NCBI GenBank assembly: GCA_963699165.1 | Contig: OY969413.1 | Location: 916,562 to 980,561 of the forward strand | DNA: 64,000 nt | Origin: Candidatus Kaiserbacteria bacterium | GTDB lineage: Bacteria > Patescibacteriota > Minisyncoccia > Phycocordibacterales > Phycocordibacteraceae | Direction: 5' to 3' | In this document: positions 8,550 through 17,691 of the stretch, piece after piece | Position numbering within the stretch: position 1 is the stretch's first letter | Layout of the letters: each line of letters opens with the position of its first letter | Translations under genes and position numbers: made by a program | The notes under the pieces: model-generated | The model's database searches: none | What the model was told of the DNA's origin: nothing | What the model saw: the letters and a program-made list of their open reading frames with translations, nothing else

Positions 8550-9761
8550 ATGCGTACCATCGTTGTACTGGCACTAATTGTTTTCTTACCGATATTTGTC
8601 TCTGCGGCGGCTCTCATAAACATCAACACCGCCGATGTGGCTACGCTTGAGACGCTTCCGCACATCGGAGCAACTCTGGCGAATAGGATTATCGATTACC
8701 GCACTCAAAACGGACCGTTTACGAGCATCACCGGTCTTCAAAAAGTAAGCGGCATCGGTTCCGGCAGCAATTACGCCGACATCGCGCCTCTCATTACGGT
8801 CAGCGACGCGGGTTCCGAAACATCGGGGACGGACAATACCTCAAGTTCGACGGACAGCGTAGCATCGTCGACATCCGACACCGTTTCCGTATCAAGAAGC
8901 GCTTCGCCGTATGTGCCTCCGCCGTCGTCTCTTTCCGTCGATATCGCCGGTTCGGACGATGCACTCGTTGGCGTGCCGCTGCAGCTTTCCGCACAGGTTA
9001 CGACCAAGAGCGGCGCGGATGATCCGTCCGCGCAAGTGTCATGGGGACTCGGAGACGGTTCATCCGCAAGCGGCGTCTCGATTCAAAAAATTTACCGATA
9101 CGCGGGCACCTATCTCGTCCGAGTTACCGCGACCGACGCCGCCGCGACCGCGCAAAATGAAGTTGTTGTTACGGTGCGCTCCGCGGCCGTAAGCATCCCC
9201 GCCGTCTCGGGCGATGGTATTACCGTGGAGAATGATTCAAATACGCAGCTCGACCTGTCGAACTGGTGGCTGCGCTCAAGCGCGGGTTCATTCCACATAT
9301 CGGCCGGAACGGTTATCCTTCCGAATGCGCAGGTTCTTTTTCCTTTCTCCATTATGAATATGCCGATAGCGTTTGACGCGTCGCTTGCGTATCCGGACGG
9401 TGCTTTAGCGGCGCGCTTCGTCCCGCCGCAATCCGTCGCTATTTCGGCAGCCACGGCAACAAGCACGCAGACCGTCGGCGAAACATTTTCGGACATGCAA
9501 CCTTCCGTATCCGACGTGGGTTCTAGTAACCGAGTGCAGAAGGTAGCGGCGGTTTCAAATACCAACCTAAGCGGCACGGCACATGACATTAAACAAGCAG
9601 ACGCCCCCGCAGTGACGACACAGATCGCCGCTGCGGGGGCGGCTATGTCCGCTCCGGTCGCAGATACCGCGGCGTCCGCCTCCGGACCGTTTAAGTCGGC
9701 GTGGGCGCTCGGTCTTCTCGGCATTGTTGCCGCCGCCGGTGGAGCGTTTATTTTTCTCTAA
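8550..9761 (+). CDS. Secreted, membrane-anchored ComEA-like helix-hairpin-helix DNA-binding protein fused to PKD-like and lamin-tail (LTD)-like domains, with a C-terminal TM anchor.
   Basis: It has a signal peptide (MRTIVVLALIVFLPIFVSAAA) and a classic ComEA HhH segment (ININTADVATLETLPHIGATLANRIIDYRTQNGPFTSITGLQKVSGIGSGS). A PKD-like motif (WGLGDGS…YRYAGTYLVRVTATD) and an LTD-like motif (…LDLSNWWLRS…) follow. The C-terminal hydrophobic helix is AWALGLLGIVAAAGGAFIFL. Confidence 0.65.
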   Translation: MRTIVVLALIVFLPIFVSAAALININTADVATLETLPHIGATLANRIIDYRTQNGPFTSITGLQKVSGIGSGSNYADIAPLITVSDAGSETSGTDNTSSSTDSVASSTSDTVSVSRSASPYVPPPSSLSVDIAGSDDALVGVPLQLSAQVTTKSGADDPSAQVSWGLGDGSSASGVSIQKIYRYAGTYLVRVTATDAAATAQNEVVVTVRSAAVSIPAVSGDGITVENDSNTQLDLSNWWLRSSAGSFHISAGTVILPNAQVLFPFSIMNMPIAFDASLAYPDGALAARFVPPQSVAISAATATSTQTVGETFSDMQPSVSDVGSSNRVQKVAAVSNTNLSGTAHDIKQADAPAVTTQIAAAGAAMSAPVADTAASASGPFKSAWALGLLGIVAAAGGAFIFL

Positions 9762-10618
9762 TGATGTCCGATAAAAAATTAATTTTGGTAACGGGCGGCG
9801 CGGGCTTTATCGGTTCGCACCTGTGCGCCCGTCTGGCAGCGGAGGGGCATCGCGTCATTTCGCTCGACAACTATTTCACCGGCAGCCGCGAGAATCACGT
9901 GCCGGGCGTGGACTACCGCGAAGGGCACACTAAGGACATCGAAAAGCATGTTCCGGAGACTCCCGACCTCATTTATCACCTGGGAGAATATTCCCGCGTC
10001 GAGAAAAGTTTGCAGGAGCCCGCGCTCGTATGGGATTTAAATAAAGACGGGACATTCGGCGTTCTTGAATTTTGGCGGAAAAAAGGCGGGAAGCTCGTCT
10101 ACGCGGGCTCGTCCACGAAGTTCGGCGATGGCGGTCTCGGCCGCGACCAAAGTCCGTATGCATGGACCAAGGCGACCAATACCGAACTCGTGAAAAATTA
10201 TCACGCGTGGTACGGCCTGCCGTATGCGATTACGTATTTTTACAACGTGTACGGTCCCGGGGAGCGCGCGGGCGCGTACGGCACCGTCATTGAAATTTTC
10301 AAACAGAAACACCTTGCCGGGCAGCCGCTCACGGTAAATGCGCCGGGAACGCAAAAAAGAAATTTTACACACGTGCATGACATCATCGACGGGTTGGTGC
10401 TGGTTGGGGCGGAAGGCGAGGGGGATGATTTCGGCATCGGAGACGAACATGCGTATTCAATCCTCGAAGTTGCGAAATTGTTCGGCGGGGAAATCATCAT
10501 GAATCCAAGCACGCAGGGCAACCGCATGACCTCGGACCTCGCTACGGCAAAAACCCGCGCCCTCGGCTGGTCGCCCAAAGAAAATCTCGCCGACTACATA
10601 CATTCGTCTATTGCATGA
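9761..10618 (+). CDS. NAD-dependent nucleotide-sugar epimerase/dehydratase, SDR family.
   Basis: GxxGxxG Rossmann motif LILVTGGAGFIGSHL and the catalytic YxxxK (SPYAWTK). Its start overlaps the upstream stop (TAATG). The 5' extension in the ORF track (from 9701) lies inside the preceding gene. Confidence 0.8.
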   Translation: MMSDKKLILVTGGAGFIGSHLCARLAAEGHRVISLDNYFTGSRENHVPGVDYREGHTKDIEKHVPETPDLIYHLGEYSRVEKSLQEPALVWDLNKDGTFGVLEFWRKKGGKLVYAGSSTKFGDGGLGRDQSPYAWTKATNTELVKNYHAWYGLPYAITYFYNVYGPGERAGAYGTVIEIFKQKHLAGQPLTVNAPGTQKRNFTHVHDIIDGLVLVGAEGEGDDFGIGDEHAYSILEVAKLFGGEIIMNPSTQGNRMTSDLATAKTRALGWSPKENLADYIHSSIA

Positions 10619-11826
10619 AAAAGATACTTATCTTTTCACTCAACTACTATCCATTTGTGGGCGGGGCGGAAGTCGCGGTAAAAGAAATCACCGACCGCAT
10701 TTCTCCGGAGAAGATTGAATTTCATTTGATTGCGTATCGGTTTGATTCCGCATTGCCGCGCGATGAGCACGTCGGCAATGTCCGGGTGCACCGCGTCGGT
10801 TTCGGCCGAAAGGGAACAACGTTGAACGATACGTTTAGCCGTACCGGCTACGTTGCAAAAATTTTCTATGTGCCGTTTGCCGCTCTGGAAGGAATCCTGC
10901 TTCATCGAAAGCATCATTTCGATGGCGCGTGGGCGATGATGAACTATATGGTGTTTCCGCTCGTGCTGATGCGCATGGTCGGTTTGCGATTGCCGTACGT
11001 GCTTACGCTCCAGGAAGGCGACCCGTTTGAGCATGTGTTTGACCGGATGCGCATACGATTTTTTTCGCCGCTTCTTTTTTATGGGATTCGCCATGCCTCC
11101 GCGGTGCAGGCCATCTCGACATTTCTCGGCGCATGGGCGCGCCGATGCGGATTCACGGGCACGCTTGAAATCATTCCGAACGGAGTCGACATAGAGCGAT
11201 TCGCGCATGCGTATGCGCTCGAAGACGTCGTGACGGCGCGCTCGAAAATGAACGCCGGAACGGGCGACACGCTTCTTGTGACCACGTCGCGGCTGGTGCA
11301 TAAAAACGGCATTGACGATGTGATTCGCGCATTGCCGCTGTTGCCGGAGCAGGTGCGTTTTGTCGTGTACGGCATCGGTCCCGATGAAGAAAAACTCCGC
11401 GCGCTTGCGAAAGAATCGAAGGTTGAGAACAGAGTTCATTTTATGGGACATATTGCGCACGGCGAGATGCCGCTCGCGCTTCGGATGTGCGATATCTTCA
11501 TTCGCCCGTCGCGCTCGGAAGGCATGGGCAATTCTTTTATCGAGGCGATGGCGGCCGGTCTGCCGGTCATTGCCACGCAGGAGGGCGGCATCGCGGATTT
11601 TCTATTTGACGCAAATCGCAATCCGCAGAAACCGACGACCGGATGGGCTGTCGATAAAGATTGTCCCGTGCAAATTGCCGAGCAGGTCAAAAATATTCTC
11701 GCCTTTCCGGCGGAAGTTGCGCAGGTCAAGAAAACCGCGCGCGACATGGCGGTGCAGCACTACGATTGGAATACGGTTGCGCGCGCTATGTATGGACTCT
11801 TCGACCGCGTGTTCGAAGGGAAGTAG
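10615..11826 (+). CDS. GT4-family glycosyltransferase.
   Basis: GT-B fold with EX7E-type motif (SRSEGMGNSFIEAMAAGLPVIAT). It has a 4-bp overlap with the upstream gene. Confidence 0.85.
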   Translation: MKKILIFSLNYYPFVGGAEVAVKEITDRISPEKIEFHLIAYRFDSALPRDEHVGNVRVHRVGFGRKGTTLNDTFSRTGYVAKIFYVPFAALEGILLHRKHHFDGAWAMMNYMVFPLVLMRMVGLRLPYVLTLQEGDPFEHVFDRMRIRFFSPLLFYGIRHASAVQAISTFLGAWARRCGFTGTLEIIPNGVDIERFAHAYALEDVVTARSKMNAGTGDTLLVTTSRLVHKNGIDDVIRALPLLPEQVRFVVYGIGPDEEKLRALAKESKVENRVHFMGHIAHGEMPLALRMCDIFIRPSRSEGMGNSFIEAMAAGLPVIATQEGGIADFLFDANRNPQKPTTGWAVDKDCPVQIAEQVKNILAFPAEVAQVKKTARDMAVQHYDWNTVARAMYGLFDRVFEGK

Positions 11827-11835
11827 AATAGGGTT

Positions 11836-13092
11836 ATGAACCACGTTAGAAATCAGACGCAGACGAATACCGACCATTCGAGCGAATCGCCGGACGTAGC
11901 GTCTGCTATTTCTAACGTGGTGAACCCCGAAAAAAATCAGACGCAGACGAATACCGACCATTCGAGCGAATCGCCGCACGTAGCGTCTGCTATTTCTAAC
12001 GCGATGAAGATCGTCATTGCCACGCCGTTGTACCCGCCCGAAATCGGCGGTCCCGCGACCTATGCGAAGCTTTTGGAGGAGGGATTGCCCGGAAAGGGAA
12101 TCGAGGTCGAGCTCGTAAAATTCAGCGATGTTCGGCATTTGCCGAATGCAGTGAGGCAGACCATGTATTGCCGGAACATTTTGAAATGCGCGCGAAGCGC
12201 AGATGTGATTCTCGCGCTCGATGCGGTGAGCGTCGGATGGCCGGTATATGTCGCGAGCTTTTTTTTACGCAAGAAGTTTATAGTCAAAATCGTGGGCGAC
12301 CACATTTGGGAGCAAGGCACGCAGCGTTTTGGCGTGACTGACACGCTCGATAATTTTCCGCGATTCTTATGGAGATGGCACCCGTATCTTTGGTTTTTGC
12401 GCGCATTGCAGCTGCGCGTGGCGCGAAGCGCCACGCGGATTATCGTGCCGAGCGAGTATCTAAAGCGAATCGTTTCGGCGTGGGGCGTGCCGTCTGAAAA
12501 AATCCACGTCGTTTACAATGCCGTGACGCTTGAAGCGGCCGGAATCGTTCCTCCGCCGGTTGCCGCATTGCCGCACCCGCTCGTCGTTACCGCCGGCCGG
12601 CTTGTTCCGTGGAAAAATATCGACGGCGTGATTGATGCGGTGTCGGGCATCGCGGGAGCATCGCTTGTCGTTATCGGCGACGGTCCGCTGCGCGCGGAAC
12701 TTGAAAAGCGCGCGCAAGAGAAATTAACGGGACGTTTTATTTTTACCGGTGCGCTGTCACACAAAGACACGCTTGCCGTGATGCAGTCCGCGGATGCGCT
12801 CGCGCTTAATTCGACGTACGAAGGGTTGTCGCACCTGCTCATCGAGTCGCTCATGCTCGGCGTGCCGACAATTGCGACGAACGTCGGCGGCAATCCGGAA
12901 GTCATCATGGACGGCGAAGACGGATTGCTCGTCCCATCTAATGATGCATCGGCGCTCGCGGGCGCACTTTCCCGCGTGCTCGGCGATGATGCCTTTCGCG
13001 CGCGTCTGTCGGCGCGCGCGAAAGAATCATCGAAACGTTTTTCGGTCGAAGTAATGCTCGAGGCGACGGTTTCGGAATTCAAGAACATATGA
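11836..13092 (+). CDS. GT4-family glycosyltransferase. The N-terminal 56 aa are encoded by the tandem repeat, and an alternative start at 12004 (MKIVIATPLYPP…) gives a canonical GT4.
   Basis: The GT4 core runs from MKIVIATPLYPPEIGGPATYA to …STYEGLSHLLIESLMLGVPTIAT. The 11836 start has a weak RBS (tagggtt). The 12004 start has none. Confidence 0.8.
   Translation: MNHVRNQTQTNTDHSSESPDVASAISNVVNPEKNQTQTNTDHSSESPHVASAISNAMKIVIATPLYPPEIGGPATYAKLLEEGLPGKGIEVELVKFSDVRHLPNAVRQTMYCRNILKCARSADVILALDAVSVGWPVYVASFFLRKKFIVKIVGDHIWEQGTQRFGVTDTLDNFPRFLWRWHPYLWFLRALQLRVARSATRIIVPSEYLKRIVSAWGVPSEKIHVVYNAVTLEAAGIVPPPVAALPHPLVVTAGRLVPWKNIDGVIDAVSGIAGASLVVIGDGPLRAELEKRAQEKLTGRFIFTGALSHKDTLAVMQSADALALNSTYEGLSHLLIESLMLGVPTIATNVGGNPEVIMDGEDGLLVPSNDASALAGALSRVLGDDAFRARLSARAKESSKRFSVEVMLEATVSEFKNI
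11851..12001. repeat. Tandem direct repeat: two 67-nt copies (11851..11917 and 11935..12001) with 1 mismatch, separated by 17 nt, giving an 84-nt period.
   Basis: The unit aatcagacgcagacgaataccgaccattcgagcgaatcgccg[g/c]acgtagcgtctgctatttctaacg occurs twice. The repeat is in-frame with the downstream GT4 ORF, giving a duplicated 28-aa peptide (NQTQTNTDHSSESP[D/H]VASAISN). Confidence 0.85.
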
Positions 13093-14210
13093 AAGCGCTT
13101 TTTGTATCCAACGACCCGGCTATTTTCACGGAGGCGAGTGCGGTTCGTGCGCGCATGCGCTCGTACGCAAATGCGATAGGGGAGCTGCACATTCTTTCGT
13201 CTGCGCGCAGGGATGCGCGCGAAGAGCGGGACGGGAATCTTTTTCTGCACCCGGTGCATGTTCCCAAATTATTCAGAGTCAGAGTGCTTACGTCGCGGGC
13301 GCGTTCGCTCATCCAAAAATACGGCATCGAAGTCGTGTCCGCGCAGGATCCGTTTGAGCACGGACGAGCGGCACTTCGCGCCGCACGCGGCACGCCCGCA
13401 AAACTGCACATTCAGGTTCACACGGATTTTCTCTCTCCGTGGTTTGTGAAAGGCGGCAGTGCGTTTGCCGCGCTATTGAACCGGTATCGCCAAACGGTCG
13501 CCGATGAAGTGTTGCCGTCGGCTCACGGCATTCGCGTCGTGTCCGAGCGCGTCAAAACGTCGCTTGTTGCGCGCTACGGCTCCCGCATTCCCGAACCGGC
13601 GGTGATTCCGATTGCGGTCGATGCCGCGCTTCCCGCATCGATTCCGCTTCCGCCGCATCCGTTTACATTTGCGATCATCGCAGTCGGGCGGCTTGAACCG
13701 GAGAAGCGCATCGAGGACATTCTGGCGGCGTTAAAATTCGTAAACGTTCAGTATAAAATCGTCGGACTTTTCATCGTCGGAGATGGCCGCGAACGCCGCC
13801 GGCTCGAGAAACTCATTCGCACGCTCGGTCTTGATGCGCAGGTCCTATTTCTCGGTGAACGTCCGGATGCGCGCGGACTCATGGGAAGCGCGCAGGCATT
13901 TGTTCAGGCAAGCGCGTATGAAGGATACGGCCGTACGCTCGTTGAAGCGGCGCTTGCGGAAGTGCCGATTATTACGACGGACGTCGGCATCGTCGGAGAC
14001 GTCTTTAAGAAAGACGAGGACGCGCTTGTCGTTCCCATCGCCAAGCCCATTGCCTACGCGCATGCAATCATTCAGCTGCTCGAGGACAATAACATGCGGG
14101 AGAACATGAAAATACATGCCAAGGAAAAGGCGCTCGGACACCTTGCTTCCGTAAGCGATTTGCCCGGCCGCATTGCCGCGGATTTGGAAGCAGCCCGACT
14201 TCATCGGTAA
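13089..14210 (+). CDS. GT4-family glycosyltransferase.
   Basis: GT-B/GT4 C-terminal motif (…SAYEGYGRTLVEAALAEVPIITTDVG…). ATGA overlap with the upstream gene. Confidence 0.8.
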   Translation: MKALFVSNDPAIFTEASAVRARMRSYANAIGELHILSSARRDAREERDGNLFLHPVHVPKLFRVRVLTSRARSLIQKYGIEVVSAQDPFEHGRAALRAARGTPAKLHIQVHTDFLSPWFVKGGSAFAALLNRYRQTVADEVLPSAHGIRVVSERVKTSLVARYGSRIPEPAVIPIAVDAALPASIPLPPHPFTFAIIAVGRLEPEKRIEDILAALKFVNVQYKIVGLFIVGDGRERRRLEKLIRTLGLDAQVLFLGERPDARGLMGSAQAFVQASAYEGYGRTLVEAALAEVPIITTDVGIVGDVFKKDEDALVVPIAKPIAYAHAIIQLLEDNNMRENMKIHAKEKALGHLASVSDLPGRIAADLEAARLHR

Positions 14211-14299
14211 TGCATCTTTGCATAGGACGCGTCGGTTATAGCGAGTATGGCGCTCTCCTCGTACGAAATGGTATAGTGCCTTCTGAATAACAACACAAA

Positions 14300-15241
14300 A
14301 TGGCAAAAACATCGGAAAATGCCGGTAAAAAATCGGGTTCAAAAAAGTCCGCAAAAACCTTAAAACCGCTCATCGGTTTTATTGGAAATGGATTTATCGG
14401 CAGAAATTATTCCGACGATTTCGAGCGCCGCGGGTATACCGTTATCCGATACTCGCTTGAGGAACCGTATCGCAGCAACAAAGAAAAGATACGGAATTGC
14501 GACATTGTGTTCATCGCGGTGCCGACGCCGACGACACCGAAAGGATTTGACTGTTCGATTGTGCGCGAAGCGGTCGGCCTCGCGGGGAATGGAAAAATAG
14601 TCGTCATCAAGTCGACGTTGCAGCCCGGCTCAACGGAGGAATTGCAAAAAAAATATCCCGATCGGCTCGTGATGCACTCGCCGGAATTTTTGCGCGAAGC
14701 GACGGCCGCGTATGATGCTTCGCACCCCGAGCGAAACATAGTCGGCATTCCGACCGATACGAAGAAATACCGCGATGCGGCGCATACGGTGATCTCCGTT
14801 CTGCCGAAAGCGCCGTACGAGCTTGTTTGCAAGGCGCGCGAAGCGGAGCATATCAAGCAGGCGGGCAACGCATTTTTCTACTTTAAAGTCATATTTGCAA
14901 ACCTCATCCACGACGTTGCGGAGGCGGACGGGTGCGATTGGGAAGTGTTGTCGAATGCGCTTGCGGCCGATTCGCGCATCGGGCGTTCGCACTTGAAGGT
15001 CAAGCACGAAAGCCGTCCGGGCGAAAAGCCGGGACGCGGCGCGGGCGGCCACTGCCTCATCAAGGACTTCGCCGTGTTGCGCGCGCTCTACGGGAAGCGT
15101 CTGCCGAAGGACACATACGGCCAAGCGGTGTTCCGCGCCGTTGAAGAAAAAAACAAGCATTTACTCGTGGAAAACAAAAAGGACCTCGACCTGCTCCAAA
15201 ACGTATATGGCCCGCTTTCGACGTGGTATGGCAAAAAATAA
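14300..15241 (+). CDS. Nucleotide-sugar dehydrogenase of the UDP-glucose/GDP-mannose 6-dehydrogenase family (short form).
   Basis: N-terminal Rossmann motif IGFIGNGFIGRN and a catalytic-cysteine motif GGHCLIKD (compare GGSCFPKD in Ugd). Confidence 0.65.
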   Translation: MAKTSENAGKKSGSKKSAKTLKPLIGFIGNGFIGRNYSDDFERRGYTVIRYSLEEPYRSNKEKIRNCDIVFIAVPTPTTPKGFDCSIVREAVGLAGNGKIVVIKSTLQPGSTEELQKKYPDRLVMHSPEFLREATAAYDASHPERNIVGIPTDTKKYRDAAHTVISVLPKAPYELVCKAREAEHIKQAGNAFFYFKVIFANLIHDVAEADGCDWEVLSNALAADSRIGRSHLKVKHESRPGEKPGRGAGGHCLIKDFAVLRALYGKRLPKDTYGQAVFRAVEEKNKHLLVENKKDLDLLQNVYGPLSTWYGKK

Positions 15242-16238
15242 AAATCGCGCGAAGAAAATAGTCGTCACGGGCGCCGCGGGCTTCATCGGCTATCATGTTT
15301 CGCTCGCGCTGCTTGAGCGCGGCTGGAAAGTGGTCGGCATCGACAATATCGGCGACTACTACGACCCGCGCATGAAATACAAGCGGCTTGCGATGCTGAA
15401 AAAGCATCCGCAATTCGTATTTCGAAAAGTGAACATTGCGAAATTCGAGGCCTTGCAGAAAATGTTAAAAGAAGAGAAACCCGATGAGGTGTTGCATTTG
15501 GCGGCGCAGCCGGGCGTGCGGTACTCGCTCACAAATCCATGGACATACATCGAGTCGAATGAAATTGGCACGCTGAACGTTTTTGAATGCGCGCATCGCC
15601 TGAAGCTTCCGCGCGTCGTGTATGCGTCTTCGAGCTCGGTGTACGGCGCAAATGAGAAATCGCCCATGAGCGAAGACGATCGCGCCGATCGGCAGATTGC
15701 GGTCTATGGCGTTACGAAAAAGGCCAACGAGGCGCTCGCGCATGCCTATAATCATCTGTATGGCATCGAGATGATAGGCCTCCGGTTTTTTACGGTGTAC
15801 GGCACGTGGTATCGTCCCGACCTTGCGCTCTACAAATTCGTAAAAAATATTCTCACGGGCAAGCCCATCGACGTGTACAACCGCGGCGATATGAAGCGCA
15901 GCTTTACGCATATCTCGGACGTCGTCGACGGCGTTCTTGCCGTTTTGAAACAAAAGCCGCATGGACGAAATGAAATTTACAATCTCGGCGGCGCCGAGGC
16001 GGTGCCGCTTTTGGAATTCATCAAGGCCATCGAGGATGCGTCGGGAAAGACGGCGAAGAAGCGCATGCTGCCGATGCAGGCCGGCGATGTGCATGAGACG
16101 TTCGCTGACTGGTCGAAAGCGAATCGGGAGCTCGGCTTCGTGCCGAGAAAAGACATGCGCGAGGGCATCGCCGAATTCGTAGCGTGGTTTCGCGAGAATG
16201 AAACGTTTCTGCTCTCGCTCGGGGAGTCGAAGCAATAA
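15228..16238 (+). CDS. NAD-dependent epimerase, UDP-glucuronate 4-epimerase-like.
   Basis: KIVVTGAAGFIGYHV Rossmann motif and YGVTKKANE YxxxK. It sits immediately downstream of the Ugd-like dehydrogenase, which is the classic Ugd plus UDP-GlcA epimerase pairing. The upstream 5' extension from 15141 overlaps the preceding gene, so the start at 15228 (MAKNKNRAKKIVVTG) is preferred. Confidence 0.75.
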   Translation: MAKNKNRAKKIVVTGAAGFIGYHVSLALLERGWKVVGIDNIGDYYDPRMKYKRLAMLKKHPQFVFRKVNIAKFEALQKMLKEEKPDEVLHLAAQPGVRYSLTNPWTYIESNEIGTLNVFECAHRLKLPRVVYASSSSVYGANEKSPMSEDDRADRQIAVYGVTKKANEALAHAYNHLYGIEMIGLRFFTVYGTWYRPDLALYKFVKNILTGKPIDVYNRGDMKRSFTHISDVVDGVLAVLKQKPHGRNEIYNLGGAEAVPLLEFIKAIEDASGKTAKKRMLPMQAGDVHETFADWSKANRELGFVPRKDMREGIAEFVAWFRENETFLLSLGESKQ

Positions 16239-16248
16239 TCGGGCTTGA

Positions 16249-17691
16249 ATGAAATTACTCATCGTTACACAGGCCGTCGATAGCGAGAACCCGGTGCTCG
16301 GGTTTTTTGTGCGCTGGATTAAGGAGTTGGCGAAGCATTTCGAGCGCGTCGAAGTCATTTGCCTATGGGAAGGGAAGCACGAACTGCCGGCAAATGTGCG
16401 GGTGTATTCGCTCGGGAAAGAACGCGGCGCGGTAAACCGCGCCGCGTATTCGTTCCGCTTTCTTTCCCTGGCATGGCATTTGCAGCGCGATTATGATTCG
16501 GTCTTCGTGCATATGAATCAGGAATATATTTTGATTGCCGGGTGGCTGTGGGGATTGCTCGGCAAACGCATCTATATGTGGCGGAACCACTATGCCGGTT
16601 CGCGCGAGACCGACATCGCCGCATCTTTTTGCAGCAAAGTATTTTGCACCTCGCGGCATTCGTATACGGCAAAATATGAAAAAACCGTTTTCATGCCGGT
16701 GGGTGTGGACACCGAACGTTTTTGCCCGGATGCAAGCGTCAATCGAAAGCCGCATTCGATTCTTTTTCTTGCGCGCATGTCGCCCTCAAAGCGTCCGGAA
16801 ATGCTCATCGACGCGCTTGCAACGCTTGCACGCGCAAACACCGATTTTTCCGCCGCCTTTGTCGGCTCGCCGCCGCCCCAAGATGAGCGCTATTACCAGG
16901 ACCTAAAAAAGAAAGCGGAAACACTCGGACTTGCAAACCGGATTTCATTTTTGTCGGCGGTTCCAAACAGCGAGACAGCCGGCCTGTATCGGGCGCACGA
17001 TATTTTCGTGAACACGTCGCGCTCGGGGATGCTCGATAAAACCATTTTTGAGGCCGCGGCGTGCGGCTGTCTCTCTATCGCGGCAAGCGATGACTGGGCA
17101 GCGCAGATCGGCGAAGAATTGTCTTTCGCGGGCGGCGATGCGGATGCCCTCGCTCGGAAGCTTACGAAGCTTCTTGATCTTTCAAAAACCGGACGAGAAA
17201 CGCAAGTCAATCGTCTTCGCATACAGGTGTCCGCGAATTCGCTTTCGCATCTCGGGGACATCCTTTCAGGCGATCTCGAAGCCGACACGTCGGACAACAA
17301 TGCGGCGTTATTGACGCGCTACGTTGCGGCCGGGACCATCGCAACGGTTGCAACGCTCGCACTCACCGCAATTTTGTCGGCGTTTACCTCCCTCAACTAT
17401 CTTTTGGCCGTAACGCTGGCGTACGTCCTCGGAATTTTCTTAACATTTGCGCTCCAGAAATATTACACGTTTCGAAGTTTTGACCATTCGAATGCGGGGA
17501 AACAACTTCTAAAGTTTACGCTTGTGGCGATACTGAATCTGTTCGTCAATGACATTCTCGTGTATCTTCTCGTCGGTGTTTTGCATGTAGATATCGTGGT
17601 GCTGGCGCAGACAATCGCGGTGACCGTCATCGCGTGCTACAGCTTTTTTCTTGATCGCTACAGCATCTTCCGAAGCGGAAAAAAATCATGA
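16249..17691 (+). CDS. Fusion protein: an N-terminal GT4-like glycosyltransferase domain plus a C-terminal GtrA-like four-helix membrane domain.
   Basis: The N-terminal ~330 aa are GT-B/GT4-like (…FLARMSPSKRPEMLIDA…NTSRSGMLDKTIFEAAACGCLSIAA…). The C-terminal ~130 aa are very hydrophobic and GtrA-like (LLTRYVAAGTIATVATLALTAILSAF…LKFTLVAILNLFVNDILVYLLV…). Confidence 0.7.
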   Translation: MKLLIVTQAVDSENPVLGFFVRWIKELAKHFERVEVICLWEGKHELPANVRVYSLGKERGAVNRAAYSFRFLSLAWHLQRDYDSVFVHMNQEYILIAGWLWGLLGKRIYMWRNHYAGSRETDIAASFCSKVFCTSRHSYTAKYEKTVFMPVGVDTERFCPDASVNRKPHSILFLARMSPSKRPEMLIDALATLARANTDFSAAFVGSPPPQDERYYQDLKKKAETLGLANRISFLSAVPNSETAGLYRAHDIFVNTSRSGMLDKTIFEAAACGCLSIAASDDWAAQIGEELSFAGGDADALARKLTKLLDLSKTGRETQVNRLRIQVSANSLSHLGDILSGDLEADTSDNNAALLTRYVAAGTIATVATLALTAILSAFTSLNYLLAVTLAYVLGIFLTFALQKYYTFRSFDHSNAGKQLLKFTLVAILNLFVNDILVYLLVGVLHVDIVVLAQTIAVTVIACYSFFLDRYSIFRSGKKS

